The notes beneath the pieces were generated by a model. The model was not told the DNA's origin. It was given only the letters and a program-made list of their open reading frames with translations, and did no database searches. A stretch of 64,000 nt of DNA, taken from Candidatus Omnitrophota bacterium. GTDB taxonomy: Bacteria; Omnitrophota; Gorgyraeia; Zapsychrales; JANLHA01. This document shows positions 1 through 15,000 of this stretch, piece by piece (position 1 is the first letter of the stretch; every line of letters starts with the position of its first letter). Position numbers and translations under genes: made by a program. Location of the stretch: the NCBI GenBank assembly GCA_031423615.1, contig JANPFV010000055.1:474-64473 (forward strand), written 5' to 3'.

Positions 1-1
1 A

Positions 2-3000
2 TATCAATTCCAGATAGCAAGAATCAAGTTATTTGAAAGCAAGTTTGGGCAAACTCCGCTGGGTGAAAGGGTCAATAGTATTGTTGAGTTCTCCGACCTG
101 CAAAATTATATCGCCGCCGATCAGCCTTATAACGCCGTACGCTTGGTCTTGGCTATTATGTCTCAGGAATCGTCGTTTAAATCTACGGCAATCAGCGGAA
201 GTGATAATGCCGACAAAGATATCGAGAAGAGAGCGCGGGGCTTGATGCAAGTTATGCCTGCGCACCCATATGCCAAAGGGATGGATTTATTTGATCCATG
301 GACCAATATTACGATCGGCGTCAGAATATTAGCGGATGCTTTACGGGATGCTAAAGGAAATGTTATTCAAGCCTTAAAATTTTATTTTGGCGGAACCGAT
401 GTGAGAAAACACGGTCACCGAACAGCCGCTTATCCCGGCGACGTTTTGGTAAAATATGCCCAACTCGACAAAATTCCGAGTAAAGCATTGCCGTTTGTTC
501 CTATGGTCCGTGCCGCCGTGGGCGTTAAAGACGAAAATGCGGAAATGTTAAAAGTCGCAGCACAGACGACCGGCCAAAGCGATGTTTCCGCCGCAACCGC
601 GATTTATGCGCCCAAGCCGGTGCAACCTCAAGCCCCGCAAGAAAAGCCGCAAGACGAGGAAATGGACATGGCGGCCCACCGTTTCCGTTCCCACAGCTTG
701 CAATTGACCAACGGCAAATCCTTGCTCAGCTATTTTCCGGCGGAAGCCAAGGCGAATTTGGACGCGGTCCTGGCCTTGATCGAAAATGAAGATGCCCGTT
801 TTGAGCGTAATATTTTATCCGCCCGCATCAAAGACCTGGAAACCGAGAACCAGATCATCGAGTCGCAAAAGCAATTGGAAGAACATAAAGACACTTTGCA
901 GAAAACGGAATTTGAAAAACAATTGGCTGAAGCCGTGCAAGCGCATGGAGAGGCTGTGGCGCAACGCGATTATATCGTTCCTTTGATGACCATGATTTTG
1001 GATGTGCGCGCCGCGACCCGCAGTGGCGGCGAAGAAAACGCTTTGCGCAAAGCCTTGCGCGATTTCTATGCCGCTCACAATGCGGTCAACGACAATAGCG
1101 CGGAAAAAATCGAATCTGCCTTACGCGCTTCCATTTTCTACCATCAATATGTCGACGGCGCGCGCGACCAGCTTCTTGACAAATTAAGCGCTATGATCGC
1201 CGAATTAAAGAACAGTGCCGCCGTGAAGGTGGAACCTTTAGTCATCGCCGCTTTAGAAAAATTACGCGCCTGGCAAATCGCAAATCCGCAGGAAGTTTTG
1301 ACCTATACCCAATTTATTAATCTTCTCGGCGAAAATACGGTCAGTGAACGCGTCATGGTCGGTTTAGTCCAGCGCGATATTTCCGCCATTGAACTGATTG
1401 TTAAAAACATCCGCAAGAATTTGGGTGCCGAAGAAGAACCGGCCTTGATGATTTTTGGAGTGGAACGTTATTCATTGAACAATTGGATCAATGTCCAGTT
1501 CCCGCATATCAAGGAATATGACTATGATCTTAAGCAAACCAATCTTTATAAAAATTTGGCTGAAGAATTAAATCAATTCTACCGCGCCGGTACGTTGCGT
1601 GCGGATTTTGGTACGGTTCATGGGACAAAGGAAGACCTTAAGGCCGCCGCTGACAAGATCGCCGGCGTGAAAGTTTCCGAGGAAGATTCTAAGAAATCCA
1701 AGAAAGCCGGGGCTACCGCCAGTGTCGGCGTGACCATTGATACGCACGGCAATTTCTTCTTCGGCCTTAAGGCTAAGGGAACAGCCAAGGAATTTATCAA
1801 TCGCAATGAGGCGACTAAGTTCACGCGGGAACAATTTATCGATACTCTGGGAACCGCCCAAAAAGCTTATAGCGAAGCTGTCCAGAACGCCACGCCATTA
1901 ATGGAAGCGGCAATGAGAGTCATTCGATTGAAAGAAGAGATTGCGGCTTTGCGGGCCAAGAGCGATAAGACCATGAAAGACGCGGCGGATATAACCGATC
2001 TCGAGAGAAAATTAAATCAAGAGCAAGGTAATCTGGGCCGTTTGATGGGATACGAAGTCTTTGGATTTACTTTCGATATGAGTTTGCAAAATCTGGAGAC
2101 ATTCTTTGAAGAAGAAATTTTAGGCCGTCTGGAAGCCGCGGCCATAAAGGTCCTTGCAGCTAAATTGGCCGGCATGGGCGGTTTGCGTATGACGTACGAT
2201 GTCGACTGGTTAAGCCGTATCTTTATTTACTTATCCGTCGGCACCCATGTGCAGGACAAACAGAGTTCCATGCCTTTCTTGTTGACCCTTAAAGCTATCT
2301 TGCATGATCCTTCCGAAAGCTTAAAGAAAGAAATCAATAACCGGAAAATAAAGGCCGCTTTAAACGAAGTCGAAAAAATCAAAGAGCAAATCCGCAACCT
2401 TATTCCCACGACGGAAAACAATATTTGGATGCGTCTGGTTTATCAGCATGCGCTTAAGATCATGTCGGCTTATTCCATGGATCAAATTGAGAATATTCCT
2501 GCCGAGACCGAGACCAAGGCTGCTAAGTCGGATGACAAATCCGACAAAGAGCCCAAGAAATATTCAGATGCCGAAGGTGTGGATTTGACTTCGGTTTCTT
2601 CCCAACCTAAAAAGATAACGGCCGAAGCGGCGCAAACAGCTTTGAACCAAATTGGCAAAATGACCTTGGACAAAGTCATTGAATTCGCTTCGAGAATTCC
2701 GGAAAAACGATCTGAGGAATTCGGAAATAGCGAGCATACTCTGTTACGTACACCGGAAGTGATCCGCGCCGTTTCCGAAGGTATTTTGCACAATACCGCA
2801 ACCGACAAAAAAGCTTTCGAAAAAATGTGGATTCCCGCTTTCGCCATGCTCATGGAATACGGCGTGTGGCCGCAAGACATGACCACAGCCGGTGTCTTAG
2901 CCCAGATGCGAACGACCTTGCTCGCCAATGGTGCGACACAAGAATTTGTCGACGAAAGAATGACCCAACTCGCCGATATGCGCCGCGATTACATTACCCG

Positions 3001-6000
3001 CGTTTTAGTCGCTAAACTGGCGTCCCGCGGTTATTTAATGGAATTGCCCAAACTTTCCGACGAGGACAAGAAGAAAATGGAAGCATTAGACAATAGCATT
3101 GCTCAAATTCTCGCCAGCGAACCGGATGATTTTAAGGGTTCGGTCAAGGTCACCGACAAAAATGTCAAGGACCTCACCGCAAAACTATTACAGTTGAAGG
3201 CTTTCTTGGCCACCGATGACGCTGACATTATCCAGAGAGTGAAAGCGGAACAGGAAAAGTCCCAGCCTCAAGAGCAGAACTTACAGGCTGTTTTAGAAAA
3301 CATTACGCAACGCATGGAGCAGTTTACCGCGGATATTATTAATCTTTCTATGAATGAGCTAAGCCCTCCCGCTGAATTGGTTGAGGCCATGGAAAAAGCG
3401 CGCAGGATCACGCGGGTGTTGAGGAAGTTCTACATTGATCAAGGTAAAGCGGCTGTGCAGGCTTTGCAGAAGGCGGAAGATCTTTATTCCAAATTTGTCC
3501 TCTTGCCTACGGCTTTAAAATCCAAGCTGGCGAAAGAAAAACCGGCCGCAACACCTGAGGCTCAGCCGGTTGATTTGATCCGTAATTTTGAGCCTGGCAG
3601 GGAATATTTGGAAAACCATAAGATTTATATGACGACCAAACAGTATGAAGCCTTCTTTATGAGATTCAATATGCTCCGGTTAATTGAGAGCGGGGATTAT
3701 GCAACACTTTTGGCTGACATCCGGCAACCTGTCCTTGACCTTGCTACCCCGGCGATCGAAGGCACATTGCGGAAAATTGCGGAAGAGAAATACGGGCGAT
3801 GGCTGGAAGCGGAAAGGAACGCTCGTAGTATCGAAGAGCTGGAAGCCGAATTGCAAAAAATGGCCGGGAAAGGGACCACTCTGGATTTTGCTATGCGCCT
3901 TTTGACCTTAAAGTTTGTTTGGAAAACCGCGGCGGAAAAATCCAAAGCCTATGCCGAATATCAGGAAATCCTGCAATTAATGGGTGCTCAAAGAGAAGCC
4001 TTGGTCTATCATCAGTTTTATCTTGAAATTTTACGTACCGCTTATTTTAATCCGACCCACCTTGCAAAAGAACACCGCGCCCTTCTCAATGGAATCGCAA
4101 AACAAGATCTGGAAGCGGCCTTCAAATATTATTTACTCAAGGCCCAGACTTTACAAAGCGAGATCGTCCTTAGGACCATCAGAGCGCAAGAAAGATATGT
4201 AGCTTTCATCGCTGAAGACAATCAGGAAAGTGCATTTACTTTTAGCACCAATTTGTTGACTATGATCATTTTGAATCTCTTGCCGTTTATCCGCTCGGCG
4301 GTTAGCAGTATCGGCGAAGATAATTTCCGGGAGCAAGTCCAGCGCTTCCAGACAACCTTTAACACCTTGACCACATCGGAAACCGCCCGCGCCGCTTTGG
4401 CCCGCAATGCCGAAAACAAGCCTAAAGATGCCGCCCACGTTCTTAAGAATGGCAATGGCCAGAATGGTATAGAAAGCATTCAGAAATATGTCCATGCCAA
4501 TGGACAATCAATTATGCAGGATGTGCAATACGGTGACGGCCGCCGTGTCATCAGTGTGTCGCCTTTGGACGATCCCACGCAGGAACGTTCTAATCAAAAA
4601 CTTTACAGTGTAGAAACTCCCAACATGTCCTATTCGGTGGAATTGAGTTCTTCCCGTCCCATCGATTTATTAGGCAAAACCAACGGGGCCTCGGATCAGC
4701 AGGAAATCCGTATCAACACCCGCACCTGGATCCCGCTTGAAAAATTCAAGGGACGCGTGAATGTTGACTACGGCATGATTTTAGCCAATTCGTCCCGTCA
4801 CGAAATCACGTCGCAGTATCTCGACATTCAATATCAAAAACCGACCGAAACGACGGAAAACGGGCAAATCACCGGCTTAGACTTTAAGCCGGGGGTCAAA
4901 ATCTCCCTCGGGAAAGACGGTATGAATGAAGTTGTACCTTACATCAGTTACAGCAAAACCGTCCGTGATGCGGACAAGAAAAAGACCCTAAGCTCCCTAA
5001 ATATGACCGGCGGCATATCCTTGTCCGGCAACGGTGGGGCCAGCTTCTTCTTTGCCGGCGATCGTTTATTTACCTTAGGCGACAACGGCACGGCGCATAT
5101 TTCCGTCGGCATGCAGAATGAGAAAATAAATCTTTCCTATGGCCAAAAGAGCGGTTTGTGGGAATTAAACGGGGCCTTGGCTTTAGACGGCGGAAAGATT
5201 TTCCTTAACGCGGAAGCCTTAAAGAAAATCAGCCAGCAATATTCCGTCGGTGCCGGGATCAAACTTCAAGACGGTGCGGTCGCTCCGTTTATCAAGGTTG
5301 TTAAGCAGGGCGCTTTGGCGCAAATTTTCTCGGTTACGGCCGGAATAGCCAATGGCAAACCGGCGGTTCATCTTGCCATGCAAGCTTCGCGCGGCAAAGA
5401 CACCGAAATCCATGGCGCATTCAGTTTCGATCATAATTCCATGAATGCGTCGGTTACCGAAACCCGCTTTATGGACAGAAATACCCAACAGACCCGCGGT
5501 GTTGAATATTCCCGCGAGACCGGCGCATCGATCTTCATGAGACGGCTGACATCGCAATATGAGGCCAACGTGAAATTATCCAAAGAAGGATTAAGTTTGG
5601 GATATGAACGTAATATTTTAGGCAGCCGAGAAGTGACACAAGGTGGCCAGCGCCTGAGCAATGGTCTTGAGATACCTCTGGCCGGTAACATTCTTTTTGA
5701 ACAAACTCAATATGCGGATGTGATCAATCAATGGAGCCAAGCCTTGGCCAAGGCGACCTCGAATAAGACCCAAACCGCCATGCCTAATCTCAAGGCTTTA
5801 ATTAAAGATATTGATGAGGATGCCGAATATTTATTCTTAAGCGTATTGCCGTATCTGGGTAATGAAAATAAAGCCATTGCTATACTTCAAGATTTGGGTA
5901 AGATTGCGCAATTGCCGGCGTTTCGCGAATATGTTTTGGGTAAATTGTCCGACGGAAGTGCAATTCCGGACAAACTTCCGGTCAAGGGTAATCCTTTGGT

Positions 6001-9000
6001 CTTTTGGGAATTGGTTTACTGGAGAGAAAAATATCTCGCCGCCGGAGGCGACCAGAACGCTCTGGATGCCATGGAACAACAGTTAGAAATCTTAAACCGC
6101 TTTAAAGATGAGGTTTCGGCACTGGTCGAGGAGTCATTTAATCCTATCAAGCCGGTCCATGTGAAGCTGGTCCGCCTCTTTGCCGGAATGGTCAAACCGG
6201 GAATGTCCGTCGACAGACTGGAAGATATTTTAAGCCATATGATCGGCATGTATGGAGATTTGCGCGGCGCCAGAGGCAGCGGCCGCACGCCACTTTTGCC
6301 CAAACTGGCTTTCAGCATAGATTCTATTTCCGACGATATGAATCTTCTGAAAATGTGGATGGAGAAAACCACGGAATTAAAACAGGAAGGTATTGTCGAT
6401 ACGGGCCTGGTCTTCTCTTATGCCGCGGATCTTTTAAAGGCCAAAGATTTGAGCCAGGGTCATACGGCGCCGCGCGGTCCGCCGACGCCGTCGGAAATGC
6501 AGGATGTCCTCGCCCTTGCTGTCCGCCTTTACCGCACCGATCGTCCCAATGACTTTGATGTTAAAAAATTCGCCTATCTCTATTACACCGTTCTTCCTTC
6601 TTTGACGGCTTCGGTTGAAGTGAAGAACAATCAGAATTTACTTTTCCATCTCGCGGTAGATTTGACCAAACGTCCCTACATCGTCGCTGAAAAGATCCAG
6701 CAAGCCTTGGTCAATGTTTTGGCGGACCAGCGGTTTAATGCTCTCTTGGCCCACGAAAGCAAGCCGGATGAACTGATCGCCGCGTTTGTGGATTTGGCTT
6801 ACCGTCATAACGATGCGGTCAACCATATCAATGACATCCTCGAGATGAAGGTTTATTTCGAATCGTTATTGGCCAAGGACAAAAAGATCGACTTGGTCAG
6901 CGCCTTACCCTACCTCTATTATTGGGCCCGCGTGAAAGAAATTTTTGCCAAAGAAAATGTGGACATTAAAGAACTGTTCAATAAATTCCCGATCGGCCAG
7001 TTAAATGAGAAACCTTACTTATTGACCTGGGACATCCTCAAGCAATATCATCGTCGCACCCTTTCCGTGTCCAAGGAAAAGACCGCGGAAATCCAGAATG
7101 TGAGAGAATTTTTGGCCGCGCAAGGTTTACCCATCGGCACGATTGACGTTCTGACTATTGAACCGGGCACCCAGCCGTTTGTCGCGTCGGCGTTGAATAA
7201 AGACACGATCATTATCAACCGTCGTCTTGTCACCGGCACTCCGGAACAAGTTTACGCGGCGGTCAAAGATTTGTACGAAAAAACCAATGATCAAGACATC
7301 CGCAATCATGTAGCACCTTTATTGAAAATGTCCCGGGAAGAAATTTTCCGTACGATCTTGATCCACGAAGCGGCCACGCTCGTGGGCCTTGATCACGATA
7401 AAAATGTCAAATTACAAAATGATTATGAACAATGGCTGAAGAACAAACCCGCTCCTCAGGTAAAGAGCGTTAGAGAACTTCTTTCCGTCGCGTCGGTTGC
7501 GACCAGCCCTGCGATGTCCGTCGCCCAGAACGATGCTCATTATGAACAAAGAGATTTTGGATTTACCGGCAATGATATCCAGGCGCTCGCCGCTTTGGCC
7601 ATGAAACCGGCGTCTGCCACCGCGGCCGCTGAACCCCCGGTTTTCAAGGCAGGAAGTCTAGAGGACCAACTGATCCATGAAGCTTCCTTCCTCGAGCTGT
7701 TTAATGTCAGGAGTTTTGACGAATGGAACGCTACGTTTAGAAACAATGTTCCCGCCCAGGATTTTGTGAGCTGGACAGCTTACAGCGTTTTGAAACTTCT
7801 TAAAGCTGATGTAGCTACTTATATTACTGCTTTGGATGAAGTCAAGAGACTCAATGCGCGTCTGTATGGATCTGCGGAAGGAGAGGCGTTTAAAATTCTT
7901 TACAATGGTTTAAGTCCGGTCAGCAAACTCAGCTGGCAGAATGAAGAGCTGATGATCCAATATTTTGGCATTGTCGGTGATAATGACGCCACTTTAGGCG
8001 GCGTGGAAAGATATCTCGGATTGAAAACCGGATGGGTTTATACCGGCCTCGATAGTTTTGTTTCTTCTCTTATTAAGCCTGTGGAATTACATCGGCAAAT
8101 TGTGGCAAACCCAGAAGCCATGGAAGCTGTTCGTTTGATTTGGAACCAAATCGGACTTATTTCTGCGGCTAATATCAGTGATTATTACCGTACTCTGCTC
8201 TTTTTTGTAACCGGGGACACTGAGCAGTATACAAACGCGGCGGACAGTGCAGATACCTTTGTTCATGCGGCGCGTTATTTGACCGCCTTACGCGCAACGG
8301 CAGGGGCCATTTATTCTTTAAATACTTTTGCCGGTATTGCGCTTAATCCTGCGGGGGATTTGACACCGGATCAGAGAAAAGCCTTGTTTGGCACTTTACG
8401 CGATAAGGACGGGAATAAAACCGGGGCGTATAAGGATGCAACGGCAACGGCTGAGGCTTTAGTTGCTTTATTGAATTACCGCAATGCCTTAATGCAAGAG
8501 CCGAAGGCCGATGACGATAAGAGCGCGGTAGAGATATTGAATCTTTTGACGGGAATCAATTTTGCCAAGACCGAAAAGTATACGGCTGCCGAGTTAGACG
8601 AGTTGTTTACAACCTTGTTTAACGATCCCAAGGACACGACGAAGAAAGAGCATACGGTTGCCTACGATGAACCGGGCAAAGCGGCCAAGACCTTGGTTAA
8701 GTTGTGGAATTACCGTTACGCTTTAATGCAAGAGCCGAAGGCCGATGACGATAAGAGCGCGGTAGAGATATTGAATCTTTTGACGGGAATCAACTTTGCC
8801 AAGACCGAAAAGTATACGGCTGCCGAGTTAGACGAGTTATTTACAACCTTGTTTAACGATCCAAAGGACACGACGAAGAAAGAGCAAACGGTTGCCTACG
8901 ATGAACCGGGCAAAGCAGCAAAGACCTTGGTTAAGTTGTGGAATTACCGCAATGCTTTAATGCAGGCGAAAAAGGCCGATGACGGCAAGAGCGCGGTCGA

Positions 9001-12000
9001 GATATTAAATCTTTTGACAGGAAAAAACTTTGCCAAGGAAAAGTATTCAGCCGAAGAGTTGGAGGGTCTGTTTGAGACCTTGTTTAACGATCCTAATGAC
9101 AAGAAGAAGACCGATCCACATACCGATGCCTACAACGATCCGGCGGAAGCAGCCAAGACCTTGGTTAAGTTGTGGAATTACCGCAATGCTTTAATGCAGG
9201 CGAAAAAGGCCGATGACGGCAAGAGCGCGGTCGAGATATTAAATCTTTTGACGGGAATCAACTTTGCCAAGACCGAGAAGTATACGGCTGCCGAGTTAGA
9301 TGAGTTGTTTACAACCTTGTTTAACGATCCAAAGGACACGACGAAGAAGGAACATACAGTCGCCTACGATGATCCTAAAAAAGCCGCTGAAAGCTTGGTC
9401 ATGGTCTATAACTTCATCCTTCTTTTGCGCGTCAATCCGCAAGCTCTTAAAGCTTTTGAAATTATTTTTGGTATCGCGATTCCTCTTTCCGGTGATTTAC
9501 GATTTGGAAAAGATAAAGAGGAACAAAAAGAACAATTGGAATTTCTTTTTAGCCTTTTCTATAAGGAGGGGGTCACTAAGGATGAGGTCACTTTAAGTAA
9601 ATTAGGCTCTGATCCGGCCGGCGCTATCGCTGATTTGGCCGGTGTCGCCGTAATCATCAGCGCTTTACAGAAGAATGAAATTAAGAAAGACCTTTTTGTG
9701 GCCTGGACCGCTGGCAAGCCCTTTGATTTGAATGGACGATCTTTGCCCGCGACGATTAATCTTGGTAAAGAGTCATTAAAAGAATTAGGAAAAGACTCCA
9801 TGCAGCGTCTGGCCGATGCGCTCTTTGCTCTGTCGTACTATATCAATCATTTCCTCAAGGAAACAAAAGCCGCGGGCATGAATGTTGAAGAATTCAATTA
9901 TGTTTATGGTTTACATTCTTTATCGCCGAGCTTTACTTTAGGATTGAATGATACGGATGTGGCGGCGGCGATCTTCTCGATTGTCAGCGGGTATAACGGA
10001 GACTTTGCACAGCAATTCACCGGACGGGAACCGGCCATCTATGTCCGCTTGTTGACCAAGGTCCGCGATGTCATGGTCTTAATCCGTACCCGTCCCGATC
10101 TGGTTTTAGCACTTAATAAATTCCATCATCTGGGTATTCCGATGGGCGGGACGTTTAATTTCAATCCTAACAATCCTCAGCGTTTGGATCTGGCCCGCAT
10201 CGGAAACTTCCTTTTTGGACGTGTGGCGCTGGCCATGATCGATGTCGAAGGGTTTGGCGGGTCCATTCAAGCCTTCTGGCGCTTGCAAAATTCCAAGCAA
10301 GACATGTTTATAAATGTTCCGCTTCCGTCGGAAAAGATTTACCAAGATGCCGATGCCTACGCGGCCATGATGATCAAATTGGACCAAACCTGGTCGGATG
10401 TCGAAGCCCGCTTGGGTCATCCGGTGGCTGTCGATCCGGAAAGTGTCATCCAGTATCAGAAGAGCGCCGGCAAGGTCCTTATTACCATTGCACCGGAAGT
10501 TACATTTAAGACTAAGTTCATCAACCCCATGAGTGTGGCGCAATACACCATCACCTATGTCGCCGAGGGAGCGAGCTTAAAAGAAGTGGAAGACCGCCAC
10601 ACGCGCGAAGCGGACGCGATTGTTGACGCGACTCAGATTGTCAGTATCGCCGAACGCGGGAAGATGGATGAGTATAAGAAAGAAGTGCAACAGACCATCC
10701 ATTTCTATCATGAGAACGGCGAAGAATTTTATTCTTCTCTGCAGACTTTTGACGCAACGCCGACGGGCGGAACATTGAAGAGTGAAAGAAAAGAAGACAA
10801 AGAACACGGTTATGCCATGGTTACCGAGTTTAATTACGCGGAAAATCGTCCGTGGCGCGTTCCCGGACCGCGTCATATTCCCATCTATGTGGCGGATACG
10901 GCCAAGACCTTTATTGAAGCCTCCGGGAAACGTATTTTATATGCCCAGACCGATACTTTAAGCATTTCCGAAGGAACACGCGAAATTCAACAGCACGTCA
11001 CGTTCTTTTCGCCGGACGGTAAAAAGTCCAATGAAGGTTATAGCACCATGGGACTTTATGCCGCTAATACCTTGGAAGAACGTCAGGGTGTTCTTGAAAA
11101 CGGCGTTTTTGATCTGGACCGCATTATCAAATTCCAGTACAAGAGTGCCTTTGCGGAAGCCCTGCGGAGAATTTCTTTGGGGACCACCTATGATTGGCGT
11201 GGCGAGAAATTGTCCGAATCCGAATTATTGGAACATCACGGTCCGCGCTTGAAGGTCAAAATCACCGACTTAGTCAACAATGTCCGCCAGATCAATGTTG
11301 TGGACTCTTTCAACAAAATTTATACCAGCGAAAAATATATTGACGTCGGTTCGCAGTCCTTCCAGATTTTGCATAACTATAGCAGTTATGGCCGTCCCTT
11401 CCGGGTCACGGAAAATCATTTTGACGATCCGATTTTAGCCGCTTATGGCGCTCCTCAGATCGGGGAAACAATCGACGTTCACACCGGCTTAAAGGTCACC
11501 GAATCCCGCGCCTTAGGATTTAATTCGGAAGGCGGTATCACCTTCCTTCAGCGCCAGCTTATTTCCGATGTGGCCCGCATTTATTTCGATGACGGTCAAG
11601 GCCGCCACAAATTTATCTTTGCGGGCAAGGATGTGCATGCCGACATTGTGACCTATGACGGAATTAATAACGTCCAAAGGATTTCAGCTGACAGCGTTGC
11701 GGAGCTCAAGTACCAGGATAAATTCTATCGCGCCCGCAATATTTCCAGCGATGGGACCCGTTATGCTTGGAGCAATGATATGCAAAAGGCTGGAAACGTC
11801 ATCGACGAAAGCCATCCGACCAGCGTCAAAAACGGTGTGCTGGTCAACCGCATTTACAATCCCAACACCAATCTGGAGATTTTTGCGAGTATTAATCTTT
11901 CCCTCGACTTAGTCCAGCATTTGCGTGCGGAAAGCGGCGATAATTTTGAAGAAACCGCCATTATTTATACAACCTTGGATATTGAAAAACAGCGTGTGAC

Positions 12001-15000
12001 TTCCAACTCTTTAGGCGACCTTGTCGTCGTTTCTCAGACGCTTGACCATCAGGGCCGGCCGGTGGATGAAAAAGGCAAACGGCTTTATAAATACACCTTG
12101 GCCGAACGCGAAATGAAAGGCACCGGTCTTAAATATAAGGTCAAGGTCCAGGTCTGGAATGGCCGGGATTCTTCGGTCAAGGTCGCGACCGCCGCAGGCA
12201 CCGAAGAAACGACATATGAATTTAATGATGTTGAAAATATCAAAGAGGGTGTGACAAAAGACCAAGCGGGCCGTGTCGTTATCATCACGACGCCGGAACT
12301 CGACGAGAACGGGAAATTTACCCAGCCTTATCTTAGCCAAAGGACCGCCAAGGCCGTTCAATACAATCCCAACACCGGAGAAACCCGCGAGATCATCACA
12401 TACAGTTTGACCGGTCAGGTTTTAAAGAGCACGGTGGAAAAGACCGTAGATGACGGACGCAAGGTCAAGGAAACGACCGACTATGTTTATAATTCGCAGC
12501 GCGTGGTTGTCCGAGCCACGACTACGGTGGAAGATACCAGCCTGACAAAAGAAAACCGTCAAGACCGCCATGTGATCATTGAAGTGGATTCAACGCTCTT
12601 CTTAGATATTTACGGCCGCGTGAAAGAAGAATATCGTAATCGTCAACGCATGGTGGCCAACCAAAGGATCGTCGGAACGGGTGTTGAAAGTACCATTGAA
12701 ATCGAAGCCGCGACCGGTCTTGTCAAATCTCAGACGATGAACACCGCCAGCGCCGGATGGCAAACGGCCCGCAGCACGCATAATTCTCTGCGCGTGACGA
12801 CGGATACGGTCAAATACAATGAAAGCGGCGACGTGGTCACGACGGCCAAAACGGAAATGGATAATGAAGGCCGCATCAGCCTGCCGTACCGTTTCAACGG
12901 ACAATCCAAACTTTTCAAGAACAATCCCAATACCGGTTTAAACACCGTCGACATCATTGAAAATACAACCGGTCTGACATTAAAAACATTGTTCGATACC
13001 CGTACCGGTCCGGTCACTGTGGACAATAGATATAATATTTGGCGGGTCTTGACCGGATCGCAAGCCACGGGCCGCGATGGCGTGATCTTTACCATCAATC
13101 CGCATTTGGACCTTCAGGGCCGTGTCAGTTTACCGTATCGCGCCAAAGCCCAATCGGCGGTTGACCAAACATTCAGCGCGACCGGTATCGTCAAGAACGT
13201 CGTCATCGACGGCGCAAACGGCTTGGTTTTGGAATCCGGCGTTGATACTCGCACGGGCCGCGAAATTACCTACAATACCTATAACACCAAGGAAGTTTTC
13301 TTAAGCTCCCGCACACTTAATGCCGACGGAAAAGTTGTGACCTTGACTGATGCGAGCCATTACATCGACGCGCAAGGCCGCATCGTTGAGAATTTGCGCA
13401 GTCAAGGCTTGGCCGGGGCGGAAGAATTCAATCCCAATACGTTTAGCTTGACGACGATGTATACGGAAGTCCCGTCGGGATTGGTTTATTATATCAAGGT
13501 CGCCGCGCAGGCCGGTGATGAAACAACGGCTTTGACCTACAACCCATTATGGGTCCAGACCGATGGTTTGACTGTCAATGCCCGCGGTATTCCGTTGGTT
13601 AAAGAGACCGTCCGCTTGGATGTCTTTGGCCGGCCGGTCAATGTTGAAGGCATCCGCGTTTTCGGCCGTCTAGTCAAAGATCAGCATAATCTGGTTACCG
13701 ATGTCCGCCGTCATGTTGATCAGGAACTGGTGACCGGTTTGATGTGGCACGATGAAACGGCCAATGAAGCCGGATCGTTTGTCAATGATACGACATTCAA
13801 GAATCTTCGCCAGATGGAACTATCCTGGACCCGCGACGGCGTAACCGGTACGCCGTTATCGGTTGCCACCCGCGTCAATTACAACCGGCTAGGATTCTTG
13901 ACTGTCGACAGCTATGGATTTATCACCCGTAAATTGGACCGCAACACGACGGATTTGGTGGGGACCTTAGTCGGCGTTTCTAATGAAAATGCCGTCACGG
14001 AAATTACTCTCGATGACATGCGCATTGAAAAATTCAGCACGACGGCGGTCAACATCGGGACCTATCAAAATCCCATTGCGGGTATGATTATGGAGCAGTC
14101 GGAAGGTTTGGGTTATGGTTTGCGCGCCGGTGAAAATCTTTCTGCGGCCCGCACCGAAGCCTTTGTCAAACGTCAATTGCTCTTCTTGCCTTTGCAGGTT
14201 TTTGCCGGAGAATATTCTCCTGCCGCCGGACAATACGGCACCTTGGTTTCACAGTGGAGCGATAATTTCCGCATGCGCAGCCGCAGTACCCATCTTTACA
14301 ATCACAGCGTCCGCGAAAATGAAACCGATAACGCCGGACGCAGTCCGGTCACCTTTGAAGGGTATAGCAGTCAAGGACGCTTTGTTGCGGAACACGTGAC
14401 TTTCGCCACCTTCTCTGGACTTCTCGGTATGGTCGGTAAATCCCGTTCATCCGAAACCTATATTTATGATCCGCTCGCTTTTGAATATAAGGGAGAATTA
14501 TTTTTAAGCGCCGGGCTGGAAAGATTCGACGACGGAGAGTTCGTCGATGGATCGGGCCGGACCCGCATGGTTTGGGATAACCATAAACAATCCTTGCGCT
14601 GGGTCGAATTGCAAGACAACCGCAGTCGCATTGAACAGCGCTGGGATGGGACCATTCAGCCTTCCGGATTATTTACGGTGAATGAAACGTACCGCTTGTT
14701 CTATTGGGGTTTCCCGGGCCGGGCGCGCTTGGCCACCTTTACGATGTTGGATTTGACCGACTACAACGGCCAAATTTTAGGCGGCAGTTTATTGGGCGAG
14801 TCGGCTTTGTTGGATACGGCAGACAAAATCGTCGATTTAAGAAAGACCCATTTGAGTTCACTCTTTGATGAGCGCGGGAGAATCCATTCTGCGGTGATTG
14901 ATCATCATCAGCATAATTTTACCGTTTCCGGCATGCACAAAGAATACCGTAACGCCCGCAGTTTGACCGAAGAAGAACATTCCGGTGTTGTCAATGATTA

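Noticed and set aside
143-145. TTG at 143 as the start codon of the giant gene
   Set aside because: The frame is open back to base 2, there is no RBS, and the position lies inside the SLT domain.
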